The notes: generated from the letters alone by a model not told the origin. Numbered from the whole stretch's first letter, positions 1 to 14,926 are shown. The stretch is 63,769 bases of DNA, filler included, from Octopus bimaculoides (GCF_001194135.2; 6 parts of 6 records of this genome joined end to end with filler, not necessarily neighbours in it), one strand, 5' to 3'. Made by a program: numbers and translations.

Positions 1-439
1 GATTCTCATCAGAGGTTCTCGTCATTTTCACCAATCCCAGTGAAACAAGCAGCCAATGTGTTTATATATGCATCATGCATATATATATATATATCATCAT
101 CATCATCATCATCAGTTTCACATTTTGTAATAGGCTTTAAATATTTTGCACACTGAAAAGAATATCCCAGGTTAATCCAACAATACAAAGCATTTCAAAA
201 GATATTAGAAGTGAAACTAAAGAATTGAAACAAGGATAAAAAGAAAAAGGAAACAAAAATCTATAACAACGACAAGAACAACAAAAATAATAAAAATGTA
301 GGAGCATAATGACTAACTGCAAAAAAAAAGATCCAGATAGATTTAACATCCCACTGAATATAATTCCTTGCGTGTGAAGATTTAGTGTACGTTGGTCAGT
401 TCTACTCAAAGCGAATTGGTGTTCTATATATATACGTAT

Positions 440-542
440 AGAGTTGTTTTCAATATCTGTTTATAATAATCCTTACATGCATATACTTGGTACTTAGCAA
501 ACTGTGATAATTATATATATTATAATGTGTGTGTGTGTGTGA

Positions 543-583
<41 letters not shown>

Positions 584-775
584 TAGACAGATATATATAT
601 ATATATATATATGTGCGTATGTATATGCAGTATATGCATGTATATATATATGGATATATATATATATTTAAGCGTATGCATATATATAAACAGGAACACG
701 TGCGCATGCGCACATATATATTCATATATATATATACATGCATGTATATAATTGTATGTGCAAATATACACGTAG

Positions 776-811
<36 letters not shown>

Positions 812-1274
812 TGAAAATATATCAATAAATATATATATATACATAGTTATGTATACATATATATATATATGCATATATGTATGAACGTATGTTTGTATTT
901 GTATATATAGATTTACAGTGAGTGACATGCAAGTACGTATACGGACACAAATATATGTGCATACGTACATGTATGTTCACGTAGTTAGCGGAGAATGGAT
1001 GCATATATTTATAGGCAAATACCGTTAGTTAAATTTGTCACTTGTATCTTTTGACCAAGTGAGTCCATAAGGGCAAGAGCTTGCATAAATAAGTTGATGT
1101 AATATATTGAAATATATATTTGTAAATAGATGTGTATGTGTGCACGTATAACCGCACTAATGAAGATGCATGTATGTATATACATACATACATTCACCAA
1201 TACATACATCTAAATTTATGTATATGTAAGTATATACATGTGTATGTATACATTCAAACACATATATATATGTA

Positions 1275-1322
<48 letters not shown>

Positions 1323-1420
1323 AGTATAAAGTTGCCACATTATATTCAGATACACATGCATCTGCATACATACGCACACACAAACACACATTTGTATATA
1401 TGTATATGTATATAATATAT

Positions 1421-1479
<59 letters not shown>

Positions 1480-1487
1480 TATATATA
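440..1487. repeat. Representative (TA)n/(TG)n/(CA)n low-complexity block; similar blocks occur throughout the window and flank most gaps
   Basis: Read directly from sequence. Confidence 0.95.
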
Positions 1488-2410
1488 NNNNNNNNNNNNN
1501 NNNNNNNNNNNNNNNNNNNNNNNNNNNNNNNNNNNNNNNNNNNNNNNNNNNNNNNNNNNNNNNNNNNNNNNNNNNNNNNNNNNNNNNNNNNNNNNNNNNN
1601 NNNNNNNNNNNNNNNNNNNNNNNNNNNNNNNNNNNNNNNNNNNNNNNNNNNNNNNNNNNNNNNNNNNNNNNNNNNNNNNNNNNNNNNNNNNNNNNNNNNN
1701 NNNNNNNNNNNNNNNNNNNNNNNNNNNNNNNNNNNNNNNNNNNNNNNNNNNNNNNNNNNNNNNNNNNNNNNNNNNNNNNNNNNNNNNNNNNNNNNNNNNN
1801 NNNNNNNNNNNNNNNNNNNNNNNNNNNNNNNNNNNNNNNNNNNNNNNNNNNNNNNNNNNNNNNNNNNNNNNNNNNNNNNNNNNNTATATATATATATATA
1901 TAATATATATATTCATACACGTGTGTATCATAATAGTAACTTCGCCCGTAATTTATGTGTATTTCACTGTTTCCTGTATATATTGCGATTTGCCATCCTG
2001 AGCTATTGAAAATTGAGTATTCATTCAAACGCATAACCAGCTCTGTATTCAAACCTCAGATGACGACATCATCTATCTGCAGATGATGATGTCACTTGCT
2101 GAGACTGTACGATCTTATTCGATTACAGAACGCCGAGGCGTAAACGTACACAAATACACACACGAACGGAGACGAACACATATATAAACGTACATTAAAA
2201 TGTTCAGCATATTTTAGTTTCGAATTTAAGCTAGATGTGCTGATCTACAAAGTAATAGCAATAGAATAATCCGAACAGCACCACCTCCTCCAAAAAACCC
2301 TTACCATGTTCGTTTGTCAGTTTTTTAAAAAAAGATTTTATGCATCTTCTTGTACATTGAATATGAAAATTACCATTCTTCTCAAATGTACGCATTGTGT
2401 ATATTGTCGC

Positions 2411-2457
2411 TTTCAGAGAATTTCTATTTCAGAGAATTTCTATTTCAGAGAATTTCC
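2411..2457. repeat. 16-bp tandem repeat TTTCAGAGAATTTCTA, 3 copies
   Basis: Read directly from sequence. Confidence 0.9.
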
Positions 2458-2624
2458 ATGTCAGCCTCCGATTTTCAACCCTCTCCACGTCATATTCCTA
2501 TATCTGTTGCATTTATATCAAACTTAAAATCAAGGTTTTTTTATCATCATTATTTCCACTTCTCGGAGCTCTTCATTTCATTTGTTCCGGTTAATTGTGT
2601 AAGAACGGACAACCTGTTGTCATA

Positions 2625-2696
<72 letters not shown>

Positions 2697-4059
2697 CATC
2701 ATTGTTGTTGTTGTTATTATTATTAGCCTTTGCTTTAATTTGTATGAGCTGCACGTGTATGTGTACTCTCTTTCCTCTCCCGCTTTGCTTGTGAGGGAGG
2801 TATGGCGTTATTCAGACCTTCTTAATATGACGCCTTTTCTGTCCCCTGCTGTTTTATGTGACATGCGAAATTGTTGACTATTTGCATATCAGGGGAAAAT
2901 GTGTATATATTTGCAGCTGTAACATCGATTCTTATACTTACTGCGGAACACTGATGAGGTGAAGTGCATGATAGCATAATGTTTCTACTAGTGCTATGTA
3001 ATCGTTTTGGCATATCGATGAAATGAGTGTATGTACTATAAAGCATTGAATATCGCACACGTTTTTCTGCTTATTGTTATTAATTTTTATTATTTGGCTC
3101 ATATTCCGCTCACTAGCATAACTCAAAGTTGATGACCCACCTTGTGCAATAATGGTAGAGTGTGGAACACATTACTAAGCCTGATTCGAAACTTTACTGT
3201 GCCTCATTTTAGACACATACATGCGCACACCCACACCCACACCCACACTTTTATATGTATGTTTGAGGAGAAAGAATGAAACGCAAGTGAAATCAACTTG
3301 GCAGTAAAAAGAAAAAAAAATAGGTAGCTAAAACTGAAATTGTATGTAAAGAGTATTTTTCAAAATAGCAAATAGCTAATCTATACTGCAGCATTTCCTA
3401 ATCGTTTTAAATCTATAATAACGGTGTTTGAGAAAAACAAATTATGTTCGCTGGTATTTCAATCCAAGTTAACTGATTCCAATAAAGAGACTGATGATGT
3501 TAATTATCTAATTTTAATTTTCCCATGGAACAAATGATGTAATCTATGCACAGCTCTCCGTGACTAAAACGTAGGTAAAATGTCTATTCTGGAAATACAG
3601 CATACACTCATACGTTCGTGTATACGCTTAGTAATATAATAATCTTTACAGTCCAGGAATTACATTAGCGTCTCAAGGGCCAAGATTTTTGCATCAGTGC
3701 ATTTATTAGACTGAAGAAAGATTTGAAAATTTTGAATAAGATATAGAATAAAAAAAAAATCTTTCGGAAAAGAGTGATAATATACCGCGTAGTAACAGAA
3801 AAACTTAAATTTATTTACAGTCAGTAAAATATATACACACATACATATATACTTGCATACACATCATATATATGTATATGAAATGTATATAGACATAGAT
3901 ATACACACACATGTGAATACATATTAGACTTAATATGATTAATAAATAAGCACTTAGTCTCACTTTTAAAACAGTTACCTGCCCCTTGCAATTACTTTAA
4001 GACTATAAATATAAGGTAGGCGCATTAACGCAACTACGAGTAAACTAAGTGATATTGAC

Positions 4060-4200
4060 TTCAAATTTGGGCACGAGGCAGCAATTTCGAGGGGAGGGGC
4101 TGTGTCGATGAAATCAACCCAGTACTCAACTGGTACTTATTTTATCGATCCCAAAAGGATGAATGGCAAAGTCGACCTCGGCGGAATTTGAACTCTGAAC
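4060..4200 (-). mobile_element. tRNA-derived SINE family B, partial copy
   Basis: Reverse complement carries the core GAGGTCGACTTTGCC-TTCATCC-TT-GGG-TCGATAAAATAAGTACCAG shared by about 10 copies in the window. Confidence 0.8.
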
Positions 4201-4361
4201 ATAATTATACCTAGGCAGAGTTAGTCCTAATAATATCAGATAAGAAGGTTATATGGTAAAATCCACCATTTAGTTTGAATGGCTTAGTTAATTTTACCCG
4301 GGACAAAAAAATTTTACCCGGGACAAAACAGTAGACTGTAATACGTGAATATATATAAATG

Positions 4362-4416
<55 letters not shown>

Positions 4417-4771
4417 CTGCGTATTTGTGTGTATATGTGTGTATGTATATACATGTATGTGTAGGTAGATGGGTATATATGAATATACACAAACATACAG
4501 TAAGTCATGTATACATGCAATTAAGTTTCGAAGATACAAGAGTTTTTTGCATTTCATCTCCATTTCTACTTAACTTTTATTTTTTTTACGCGCTGTACTA
4601 ACTATATTTTTGAATTTTGCATTTTCCTTAATCTGCAATGTTTGTTCTTCGTCCTTTTTTAAGTGTTAACAATCAAAAGCTATGCATATAGAAGTCCTTT
4701 AAGAAGGATGGCTCATAGCGAACCTACAAAGTTTTCTCCAACATGTAAAATTATCTCATCTACATAGACGT

Positions 4772-4802
<31 letters not shown>

Positions 4803-5429
4803 CACACACACACACCCACACACCCACACACACACACAAACACGCGCGCACATGTATATACACTTTATCTCTTACCTTTTACAGATACTAGAATATTGTA
4901 CATACACAATGGGGTGTCTCTATCTAAAGTTACAAGTTAAAATCTACTCTTTGTCAAAATATTGACCAGAAAATCTGTCATCTTAAAAGACCAGACAAAT
5001 CTATGCTTACTTAAAAAAGAAAACAAAAGGTTTTATCAATCTATATTAACATGTTTTCTTTCTTCCTTTCCAATATGGCAATTGAAAAAAATTGATTCTA
5101 TTACTGGGAATCGATAACTGGCTGCGATTCACCGTTTCGCACATCCATTCATGGTTGCATCAATATCGCACACAAATCCCAATCTATTCCAATGCCTGAA
5201 TGTGTTAAGCACTTTCAGTATTCATTAAAGCAGATACTTAAAAACAACGTTTATTGCATTATTATCTTTTAAAAGTAAGTTTACTAAAATATCTTTTATT
5301 GTATATTATTTAACATGAAAGTAAAGCAAAGCCAGTCAAACAATCTCCCTTCCCTCTTTTGAGCAACAGATATTATCTACGCCCCTACGGGAAAAATGGT
5401 GATTTTCTAAGAATAGCCAACGAAATCTA

Positions 5430-6742
5430 CTGCAACCAGCCATTCTGTTTCATGGCTTATTTCCACGGAGCGACGCGTTCATCCTAATTCGACTTGAGAA
5501 AACGGCAGTTTGGAGACCGAGAATACGGGAAAGTTCAAGTGCAAGCGTCACAATAATTGTTATTTACTTATTTCTACACTTCTAAGGTTGACATCACCCA
5601 GGTTTATGGCCGAAGCGCTACTTTAGCACTGGAGAATATGTTACAATAGATAACTGATTAGGTGAATAAAGGACGTCCTATTAAACCACCTACCCGAAAT
5701 ACTGTGCCGTTGAGCAGAAGGACTAGCGTCATAAAACAAGCAACTGTAACCTTTTCACCCAGTAAAAGACAAAAAACAAACGGGATAGAAGCGACTGTAT
5801 TAACGAGAGGAAACCTAAGAGTCGTTGGATACGTCATCAGCTGTGGTCCTGAACAAACTGCAGAAAGTCTCTAAAACGGTATGCCATGATATTTTCCTTA
5901 AGAGAACTTCGAAAACTGTAGAGTTCAAAGACAGCTACTGTGCCTTTTTTCATCAACCTCATGAAGGCCTTCGAAAAGAGACAGTTTACAGAGATAATCC
6001 TTCCCAGAACTAGTTGTCATCCGAGGTTCCCTGGGATAAGTGAGTCATTACATACAGCCATGAAGAGTTCTGTTCAGTTTTACGATTTTTTTTTCAGAAT
6101 ACGTTAACATCCGCAGCGCTGGGAAGCAGAGGGGTGTGTCTATTTCGACCTACTTCTGCATCATATTCATCATTATGCCGTAACACCCTTGCAGAACGTC
6201 AGCTGAAGTTATCTACTGCACACAAGATCGAGTGGGATGTTGCCTATTTTGTACTGCTAGAGAACGAAAGACAATGTATATGAAGTAATCGCCAGTCATA
6301 TTGTTTACAAACGATAAGACACTGGTAACGCCCTCAGAGGCATAACTGCAATGCCTTACTAACAATTTCAGGAGGGTTTGTCAGAACTTCTGTTTTACTC
6401 TTAGCTCGAAGAAGACTAATGTGTTGGGCAAAGATGTTGATCCCTCTCTGGCTGTTAGCATTAACAATTGAGAGCTACATGTTCTCTTATCTTGGCTCAG
6501 CCATCACAAACAGTTTCTTTGTGATTAACAGGCAGATCTAACGAGTAGACTCAACATTCGTTAGATTGACAATGAGAGTATGGGAGAACAGCAGGCCAAT
6601 GTCACACACCAGGCTTGCAGTCTGCGGTGTCTGTACCCTCAGTACACGACTTTACGACAATGAGAGCTGGGTCTCTATACCGGACAAGAGTGGTATCTCA
6701 ACGCCTTCCACCATCACAGCCTGAGACATATCCTAGTTATCA

Positions 6743-6745
<3 letters not shown>
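5430..6745 (+). mobile_element. Degenerate RTE-clade LINE reverse transcriptase fragment
   Basis: Frameshifted remnants SSKKTNVLGKDVD, YDNESW and YTGQEWYLNAFHHHSLRHILVIK match the RTE post-RT region; many stops. Confidence 0.7.
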
Positions 6746-6809
<64 letters not shown>

Positions 6810-7169
6810 GCAAAACATATTAATATATATTATATGATTTGTAATAATATGTACATATATCTGTATATACATGACCCATATGTTAAATATATAGGAAGAT
6901 ATAGAGTTATATAATTTTTTCCATGAAATTATCTTTTCTATCTTACACGATATAAACATATATACATAATAAAACAGAATCGGAAGAGGCAGGTATCGGT
7001 CTGTTTCAGCAGGGCAGGTATTATTTCGTACAGTCGACGAAAAGAGTAGAACTTAATGCGTCTCTTTCTATAATTTCAATCCTGTTAATATTTCTCTGAA
7101 GAAAGACTAATTTCGAAACGCTGGGTTTGCCAGTCATCTCGGTAAGCTCCCTGTCCAATCTATACATAC

Positions 7170-7263
<94 letters not shown>

Positions 7264-7638
7264 TTTCTTTTTTTGTAAATTCCAACTAAATATACATGCA
7301 CACACATACATGTGACTTACTAATATTGTATCATCTAGGTTCATGAGTGTCTATTTAATATACATACATATATATATGTGTGTGTATATATATATATACA
7401 TATATGTATATAGTCAAGGGTCTTAGTCTGGATCATACCTGTCGAAACGCTATGTTAGTGAAAATATAAGAATGCAAACTATACAACAGAGCATTGTATA
7501 CAATGTGGATATAAGCGTGGGCGGAAGGCCATCCCAATATATGTGCATACATAATTCTATACAAACATACATACGCACACCTACACACACAGATACACAT
7601 ATATATACATATTATATATATTCATATACATACATACA

Positions 7639-7686
<48 letters not shown>

Positions 7687-8974
7687 NNNNNNNNNNNNNN
7701 NNNNNNNNNNNNNNNNNNNNNNNNNNNNNNNNNNNNNNNNNNNNNNNNNNNNNNNNNNNNNNNNNNNNNNNNNNNNNNNNNNNNNNNNNNNNNNNNNNNN
7801 NNNNNNNNNNNNNNNNNNNNNNNNNNNNNNNNNNNNNNNNNNNNNNNNNNNNNNNNNNNNNNNNNNNNNNNNNNNNNNNNNNNNNNNNNNNNNNNNNNNN
7901 NNNNNNNNNNNNNNNNNNNNNNNNNNNNNNNNNNNNNNNNNNNNNNNNNNNNNNNNNNNNNNNNNNNNNNNNNNNNNNNNNNNNNNNNNNNNNNNNNNNN
8001 NNNNNNNNNNNNNNNNNNNNNNNNNNNNNNNNNNNNNNNNNNNNNNNNNNNNNNNNNNNNNNNNNNNNNNNNNNNNNNNNNNNNNNNNNNNNNNNNNNNN
8101 NNNNNNNNNTGTGTGTGTGTGTGTGTATTAAAGGATTGCGCATACGTATATGTCTGCTTCAGTGAGGAACGTATGTGTGTCTGTTTTTTGCCTTCGTGAT
8201 TGTGACATGTAAGTGTTATATATTCTCAGCAGAATTATTCCCAGTCATTACCCCTTATTGTTTCTCGTCCTATCGCAGAGAAACAAATAAATACACTCAC
8301 ATATACACACACAAAAAATTAAAAGAACCCTTTTCTGACAAATTTTAAAGTTTCTTTTTTAAATACTATGTCAAAAGAGAGAACATTTTGTTTTCTGTAA
8401 CATTGTTAAACTTCTTTCCCCGCCCGGGATCTTCTCCATATCTTCATCTATTGCCTCTTCGAAATTCGGCAAATATAACATGATTGTTAATTGTCAGACG
8501 ATCTCAGGAATTTTGTTTGTTTAAATCCAAAACTGCGTGTAATCTTATTTAAATCGACAGCGTTGGACATATTTCCATATTTCTATGCATTTCTTACATA
8601 CAAGTTGATTGTGCATCAAGTTGTTATGTTTTTTTTGCTATATTATACAATCGTATATGTTAGGATAGTTTTGTCTATTCTCATTGTCAGTTACTGTAGC
8701 AAGTATTTGGCAGACGAATTTGTTATTGTAAATTTTAGTGTCTATAAAAAAGAATGGAAGTAAATATATAAAACCTAATCATGAAGAAAAAAAAGAAGAA
8801 AGAAAATATCTAAATTGCTCATGTTAAACTATATATGTATATCATACAATGAATTTATGCATATTAAAATGTATAGTTATAAGCTTAGGCATACATTTGT
8901 TAATAAATATGATATATATGTTGTATATACATACATATATGTATAATATATATATATATGCACATATATATATG

Positions 8975-9026
<52 letters not shown>

Positions 9027-9070
9027 NNNNNNNNNNNNNNNNNNNNNNNNNNNNNNNNNNNNNNNNNNNN

Positions 9071-9082
9071 TTAATTAATTAA
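9071..9082. other. Artificial assembly spacer TTAATTAATTAA inside an N gap (also 17410, 32995, 36162, 61051)
   Basis: Identical 12-mer with stops in all six frames, flanked by N runs at five sites. Confidence 0.9.
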
Positions 9083-9145
9083 NNNNNNNNNNNNNNNNNN
9101 NNNNNNNNNNNNNNNNNNNNNNNNNNATATATATATATATATATG

Positions 9146-9368
9146 TGTGTGTGTGTTTGTGTGTGTGTGTTTGTCCCCCCAACATCGCTTGACAACCGAT
9201 GCTGGTGTGTTTACGTCTCCGTAACTTAGCGGTTCGGCAAAAGAGACCGATAGAATAAGTACTAGGCTTACAAAGAATAAGTCCTGGGGTCGATTTGCCC
9301 GACTAAAGGCGGTGCTCCAGCATGGCCGCAGTCAAATGACTGAAACAAGTAAAAGAGTAAAAGAGTAT
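9146..9368 (+). mobile_element. SINE family A, 3' half (head lost in gap)
   Basis: CAACATCGCTTGACAACCGATGCTGGTGTGTTTACG...GCATGGCCGCAGTCAAATGACTGAAACAAGTAAAAGAG, shared with many copies. Confidence 0.85.
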
Positions 9369-9409
9369 ATATATATATATATTATTAACGAGACAACAAA
9401 GAAGCTTCT

Positions 9410-9660
9410 ATAGTATCACCCACTTTGCAAGAAATAGCAACCAAATATTTCTTCATAGTTCACTATTACAATGAAGGTTGAAGGTGAGCAACAATCCTCA
9501 GATTCACTGTCCGAGGAGGTCCTATCAAAAACTACCATCGGCAAACGTTTCAGCTGGATCCCCAAACAAGACCAACCGAGGTAGTGGTCTACCCTGGATC
9601 TCCTGTCGGTTGGCTTTACCGACAAAATTTGTTCTGTGATTCTTTTTTCAGGCATTCAAA
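9410..9660 (-). mobile_element. RTE LINE 3' end fragment
   Basis: ORF 9416-9655 MPEKRITEQILSVKPTDRRSR..LGWSCLGIQ resembles the RTE C-terminal GRRPRGRP region. Confidence 0.6.
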
Positions 9661-9898
9661 CCATTCTATACTCGTAGTATCAAAGATGTAAGCTCTCAAT
9701 GCAGAGAAGTAGTTGCTGGATTTTAAAAGAAACAGTAAACATTTTCTTACAAAAGGAGGCAGAATGGTCATGATTGGAAGCCTTATGATTATAGCTCTGT
9801 TCAAACAGGGATAACCACGACGACCACCACCACCACCACATCACCAACAGCAACAATAATAATGCAAATAAAATATCAATTTCTGGCACATACATGGA

Positions 9899-10060
9899 TT
9901 CAAACTTTGGTGGGAAAGGGTATAATCGATTTAATCAACTCTATCATCGTATTTGAATGATACATATTGTATCGACCTCAGAAAGATGAAAGGCAGAGTC
10001 AACCTCTGGAGGGATTTGAACACGAAACTTAAAGAGATGGAACTAAATGCCGCAAAGATC
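9899..10060 (-). mobile_element. SINE family B, degenerate
   Basis: GATGAAAGGCAGAGTCAACCTC is the reverse complement of the family B core. Confidence 0.6.
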
Positions 10061-11604
10061 GAATTAAACACACATACACACTGATATATATATATATATA
10101 TATGGTGCTACTGGTTGAAACGTATCAAAGTTATATATATATATATATATTTATACATACATACACACACACAAAGAAAGAAAGAAAGAGAGGTAGAAAT
10201 ACATATATAGACACATACACAAACACACATACACGCATACAGAGAGAGGGAAGAGAGAAAGAGAGAGTTTGTTTTTGTTTTGTTTTTTTTTGTTTTTTTT
10301 ATTCCAGCTCGGTTTCCAAATAACAACTCGAGGTAAAGTTACTGAGAAAATCGATGAGGATAGAATGGCTAATCCTTCAGGACTAAAACATTCGAAAAGA
10401 GCGCATTTTATTTCTGAAGAGTACACAGAGAGCATTCGATGCTGTGCGCGCGGGAGATTGCTGGCTTACTTTACTAATGCAAAGCCAGCCAATCACTCAC
10501 CAAAGGATAAACGTCAAACACATAATGGCCAACAAAGAACCTGGCTAATATATTTAATCGTAACAGCTCTGCTTTGCCCATTGCAGCAAGCTAAGTACAG
10601 AACCAATGATGGTGGTGGGGGGTTACTTGTGATGATGGTGGTGGTGGTGGTGGTGCTGGAGGTGGTGGTGCTGGTGGTGCTGCTACTGGTGGTACTGATG
10701 TAGATGGTGATGGTNNNNNNNNNNNNNNNNNNNNNNNNNNNNNNNNNNNNNNNNNNNNNNNNNNNNNNNNNNNNNNNNNNNNNNNNNNNNNNNNNNNNNN
10801 NNNNNNNNNNNNNNNNNNNNNNNNNNNNNNNNNNNNNNNNNNNNNNNNNNNNNNNNNNNNNNNNNNNNNNNNNNNNNNNNNNNNNNNNNNNNNNNNNNNN
10901 NNNNNNNNNNNNNNNNNNNNNNNNNNNNNNNNNNNNNNNNNNNNNNNNNNNNNNNNNNNNNNNNNNNNNNNNNNNNNNNNNNNNNNNNNNNNNNNNNNNN
11001 NNNNNNNNNNNNNNNNNNNNNNNNNNNNNNNNNNNNNNNNNNNNNNNNNNNNNNNNNNNNNNNNNNNNNNNNNNNNNNNNNNNNNNNNNNNNNNNNNNNN
11101 NNNNNNNNNNNNNNNNNNNNNNNNNNNNNNNNNNNNNNNNNNNNNNNNNNNNNNNNNNNNNNNNNNNNNNNNNNNNNNNNNNNNNNNNNNNNNNNNNNNN
11201 NNNNNNNNNNNNNNNNNNGTGTGTACAGAGAGAGTGATACATATCTGAGTACGCATACATATATTACATATATATATGTATACATAGATCTGTATGTGTG
11301 TGTGTGTGTGTGTGTGTGAGTGTGTGCGTGTGCGTGTGTGTGTGTGCGTGCGTGTGCGTGCGTGTATGAGTGTGCGTGCGTTTTCTGTTTATAGTGCCGA
11401 AATTGCAATGATCTCCAGCCGACAACTGATGAAAAGAATGTGATACAGTACAAGCAATGTACACATATTATACATGTCTGTGTGCACCTGTTTGTACGTG
11501 TCTGTGTGTGTGTGTGTATACTTATGTATATATATATATAAATACATGTGTGTATGTATATGTAAATATCTCTCTTAAATATATATATGTGAACGTATAC
11601 ATAT

Positions 11605-11635
<31 letters not shown>

Positions 11636-12196
11636 CATATATATATATATTTATTCATTTATATTTATATATCCTTTCCATATCTTGCTAGTTCCAATAA
11701 TTCTATTGCCATCAAGGGTTTTTAGTCGATCATTTCGATAACAGTCAATACTCCAGTCGTGTACATATTTATCGATTGTCATTTATAAACTGTCTAGCTG
11801 ATATTTTTGATATAAAGGAATGCAACTCGACACAGCATTTTTACAGCATTACACACAAACAAAAACCACATACTCATACACATTCATATAAACAGACAGA
11901 TATATAGTTACATGTATACATACGTACGTACATAAATACATATACATGCATGCATATATGCATACACGATTATGGGCTAACATTAGTGTGAATTGCAATC
12001 GAGCGAGGAAGCACTCAATACGAAAAGATAGAAGAGAATAACATCCATATACTGTTCATTTCTGAGTCTCCTTGGATTGCTTATCAGAGTTCTGTTCTAC
12101 TAAGGACATACATCGATTCATCTTTGAATCAATGTTATTTAAGCACATACAGACAGGCACGCTTTCACAGACACATAGACACACATATACACTGTG

Positions 12197-12231
<35 letters not shown>

Positions 12232-13146
12232 NNNNNNNNNNNNNNNNNNNNNNNNNNNNNNNNNNNNNNNNNNNNNNNNNNNNNNNNNNNNNNNNNNNNN
12301 NNNNNNNNNNNNNNNNNNNNNNNNNNNNNNNNNNNNNNNNNNNNNNNNNNNNNNNNNNNNNNNNNNNNNNNNNNNNNNNNNNNNNNNNNNNNNNNNNNNN
12401 NNNNNNNNNNNNNNNNNNNNNNNNNNNNNNNNNNNNNNNNNNNNNNNNNNNNNNNNNNNNNNNNNNNNNNNNNNNNNNNNNNNNNNNNNNNNNNNNNNNN
12501 NNNNNNNNNNNNNNNNNNNNNNNNNNNNNNNNNNNNNNNNNNNNNNNNNNNNNNNNNNNNNNNNNNNNNNNNNNNNNNNNNNNNNNNNNNNNNNNNNNNN
12601 NNNNNNNNNNNNNNNNNNNNNNNNNNNNNNNNNNNNNNNNNNNNNNNNNNNNNNNNNNNNNNNNNNNNNNNNNNNNNNNNNNNNNNNNNNNNNNNNNNNN
12701 NNNNNNNNNNNNNNNNNNNNNNNNNNNNNNNNNNNNNNNNNNNNNNNNNNNNNNNNNNNNNNNNNNNNNNNNNNNNNNNNNNNNNNNNNNNNNNNNNNNN
12801 NNNNNNNNNNNNNNNNNNNNNNNNNNNNNNNNNNNNNNNNNNNNNNNNNNNNNNNNNNNNNNNNNNNNNNNNNNNNNNNNNNNNNNNNNNNNNNNNNNNN
12901 NNNNNNNNNNNNNNNNNNNNNNNCTCTGATGGACACCTTAAAATCCTGGGTTAGGCATTTATTTAGGGGGGGGGGCTCTATCTCAATTCATTGAACAATA
13001 TCACAACACTATCATTAATTTATCAATAAGTTAAAACAGTAAATATTTTACAAGATTCAAATTATATATGAGTGTACATGTGTATGTATATACGAGTGTA
13101 AGCATGTGTGTATGCATGTTCAATGAACTTAGAGCAACTAATCATA

Positions 13147-14834
13147 TAAGGATCGGCTGAAAAGTTCATAGACTGGCCAAGATATTCTCCGTGTTGCAGT
13201 CCTTGGATCCCATTGGTAAAGAAGCTTTCATCCTGTTGATTGAAAAAATCAGCAGCAGCAGTAGCAGCAGTAGCAGCATATATGACGTCTTCATCCATGA
13301 TTCTGGTTCTCAGCCAAGTGTTTTTCTTGTTAGGGAACAGATGATAGTCACATGAGGTTAAATCATGAAAGCAGAGAGGGTGATCAACCAGTTGAAAGTC
13401 ACACTTAAGCAGCCATTGAAACCAATGACTTGTGTGATGCAGCATTGTCCGGATGAAACAGGACTCCTTTCATTAGTCTTCCTGTTGCTTAGTCTTGACA
13501 ACCTTTCGTAACTGCCTCAACAAGTTGGCATGGTACTTTCCATTGACGGTGTAGACCTTTTGAAAATAGTCAATAATCACAATGTCTTTTGCATCCCAAA
13601 AAACTGAGGCCATCCTCCTCCTTGCAGATGAAACGACCTATGCCTTCTTTGGAGCAGGTGCGGGTGTGGAGTAGGTGCGGGTGTGGAGCGGGTTTCACTG
13701 CATGGATTGTCTTTTTGTCTCATGCTTATCCTGGGTTGGGAAATATTCAAAGAATATTCAAAGAAACTAGCTGGGTGTGTTTCACCAATGTCAGATTTCC
13801 CCTTGATATGATCGGCCTGATGCGCTTTTGACCAGGTGTCAGAAGACGTGTCACCCATCGACGAGAAACCTTCGTGATTCCAAGTTTAGAAATTTCTCAA
13901 TTTACTCTTTTACTCTTTCTTTTACTTGTTTCAGTCATTTGACTGCGGCCATGCTGGAGCACCACCTTTTAGTCGAGCAAATCGACCCCAGGACTTATTC
14001 TTCGGAAGCCTAGTACTTATTCTATCGGTCTCTTTTGCCGAACCGCTAAGTTACGGGGACGTAAACACACCACCATCGGTTGTCAAGCGATGCTGGGGGA
14101 ACAAACACAGACACACAAACATATATACACACATAAATTACATATATTATATACATATATACGACGGGCCTCTTTTAGTTTCCGTCTACCAGATCCACTC
14201 ACAAGGAAGACACTTGCCCAAGGTGCCACTCAGTGGGAATGAACCCGGAACCATGTGGTTGGTAAGTAAGCTACTTACCACACAGCCACTCCTGCGTGCA
14301 GAAAATTTTCAACTCTCTCGTGGAATGTGNNNNNNNNNNCCTGCGTGCAGAAAATTTTCAACTCTCTCGTGGAATGTGTTAATAACATTGGCTATTTGAT
14401 TTATCATCAACTGCCTGTCATCCATCAGCATGTGGTGAACAGGATCAATGTTTCCCTCGGTGGTGGCAGTTGCTGGACCTCCAGACCATGGGTTATCTTC
14501 AAGACACTCCCTTCGCCTCATAAATTCAGCTGCCCACTTTTGCACTGTTGATAAAGCTGGAGCGTCATCCCCTAATGGAGCAACCATGTCAGCATGAATA
14601 TTGTTGGGGGCTAAACCCTTTCTCCGCAGGTACTTCATAACATCACGATGCCAAAATGTTGTCCATTTTAAAGAAAAGTCGCTACTAGTTTTCTCTGAAC
14701 AGTCAGATTTCAGTTTACCTGGAAAGAAACAATGCAGTTATTGATAGGAAGAGATGAAGTTAACGCTTGTAAGTTTTCACAGCTCTAGCATTACCTCTTC
14801 GTAACCCGCCTATGAACTTTTCAGCCCACCCTCG
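13147..14834 (-). mobile_element. Near full-length degenerate mariner (D34D-type) transposon interrupted by a SINE
   Basis: TIRs GGCTGAAAAGTTCATAG at both ends. N-terminal HTH remnant STVQKWAAEF..LEDNPWSGGP, VFWDAK, and HPLCFHDLTSCDYHLFP (YSPDLAPSD-like). Confidence 0.9.
13902..14299 (-). mobile_element. SINE family A, full length, nested in the mariner
   Basis: tRNA-like head, CCTTGGGCAAGTGTCTT, (TA)n/(TG)n spacer and 3' half; imperfect TSD AGAAATTTCTCAA / AGAAAATTTTCAA. Confidence 0.9.
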
Positions 14835-14890
14835 TTAATATATACACTCAAAAGTGAATATGTATAATATGCACATATACAATATATGTG

Positions 14891-14926
<36 letters not shown>

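Noticed and set aside
1-30. Minus-strand CTGATGA at the window edge
   Set aside because: The rest of a possible motif lies outside the window and cannot be evaluated.
450-2052. Long YI/HT/CV/poly-I/poly-X ORFs here and throughout the track
   Set aside because: Translations of microsatellites and N gaps.
9071-9082. TTAATTAATTAA motif repeated at five sites
   Set aside because: Always embedded in N runs; an artificial six-frame-stop assembly spacer.
11395-11435. GAAA-TTGCAAT palindrome followed by CTGATGA
   Set aside because: Position 17 is G and no stem I or II pairing exists in any topology.
14291-14378. 39-bp direct repeat
   Set aside because: Flanks a 10-N gap and includes part of the SINE head; a contig-overlap artefact.
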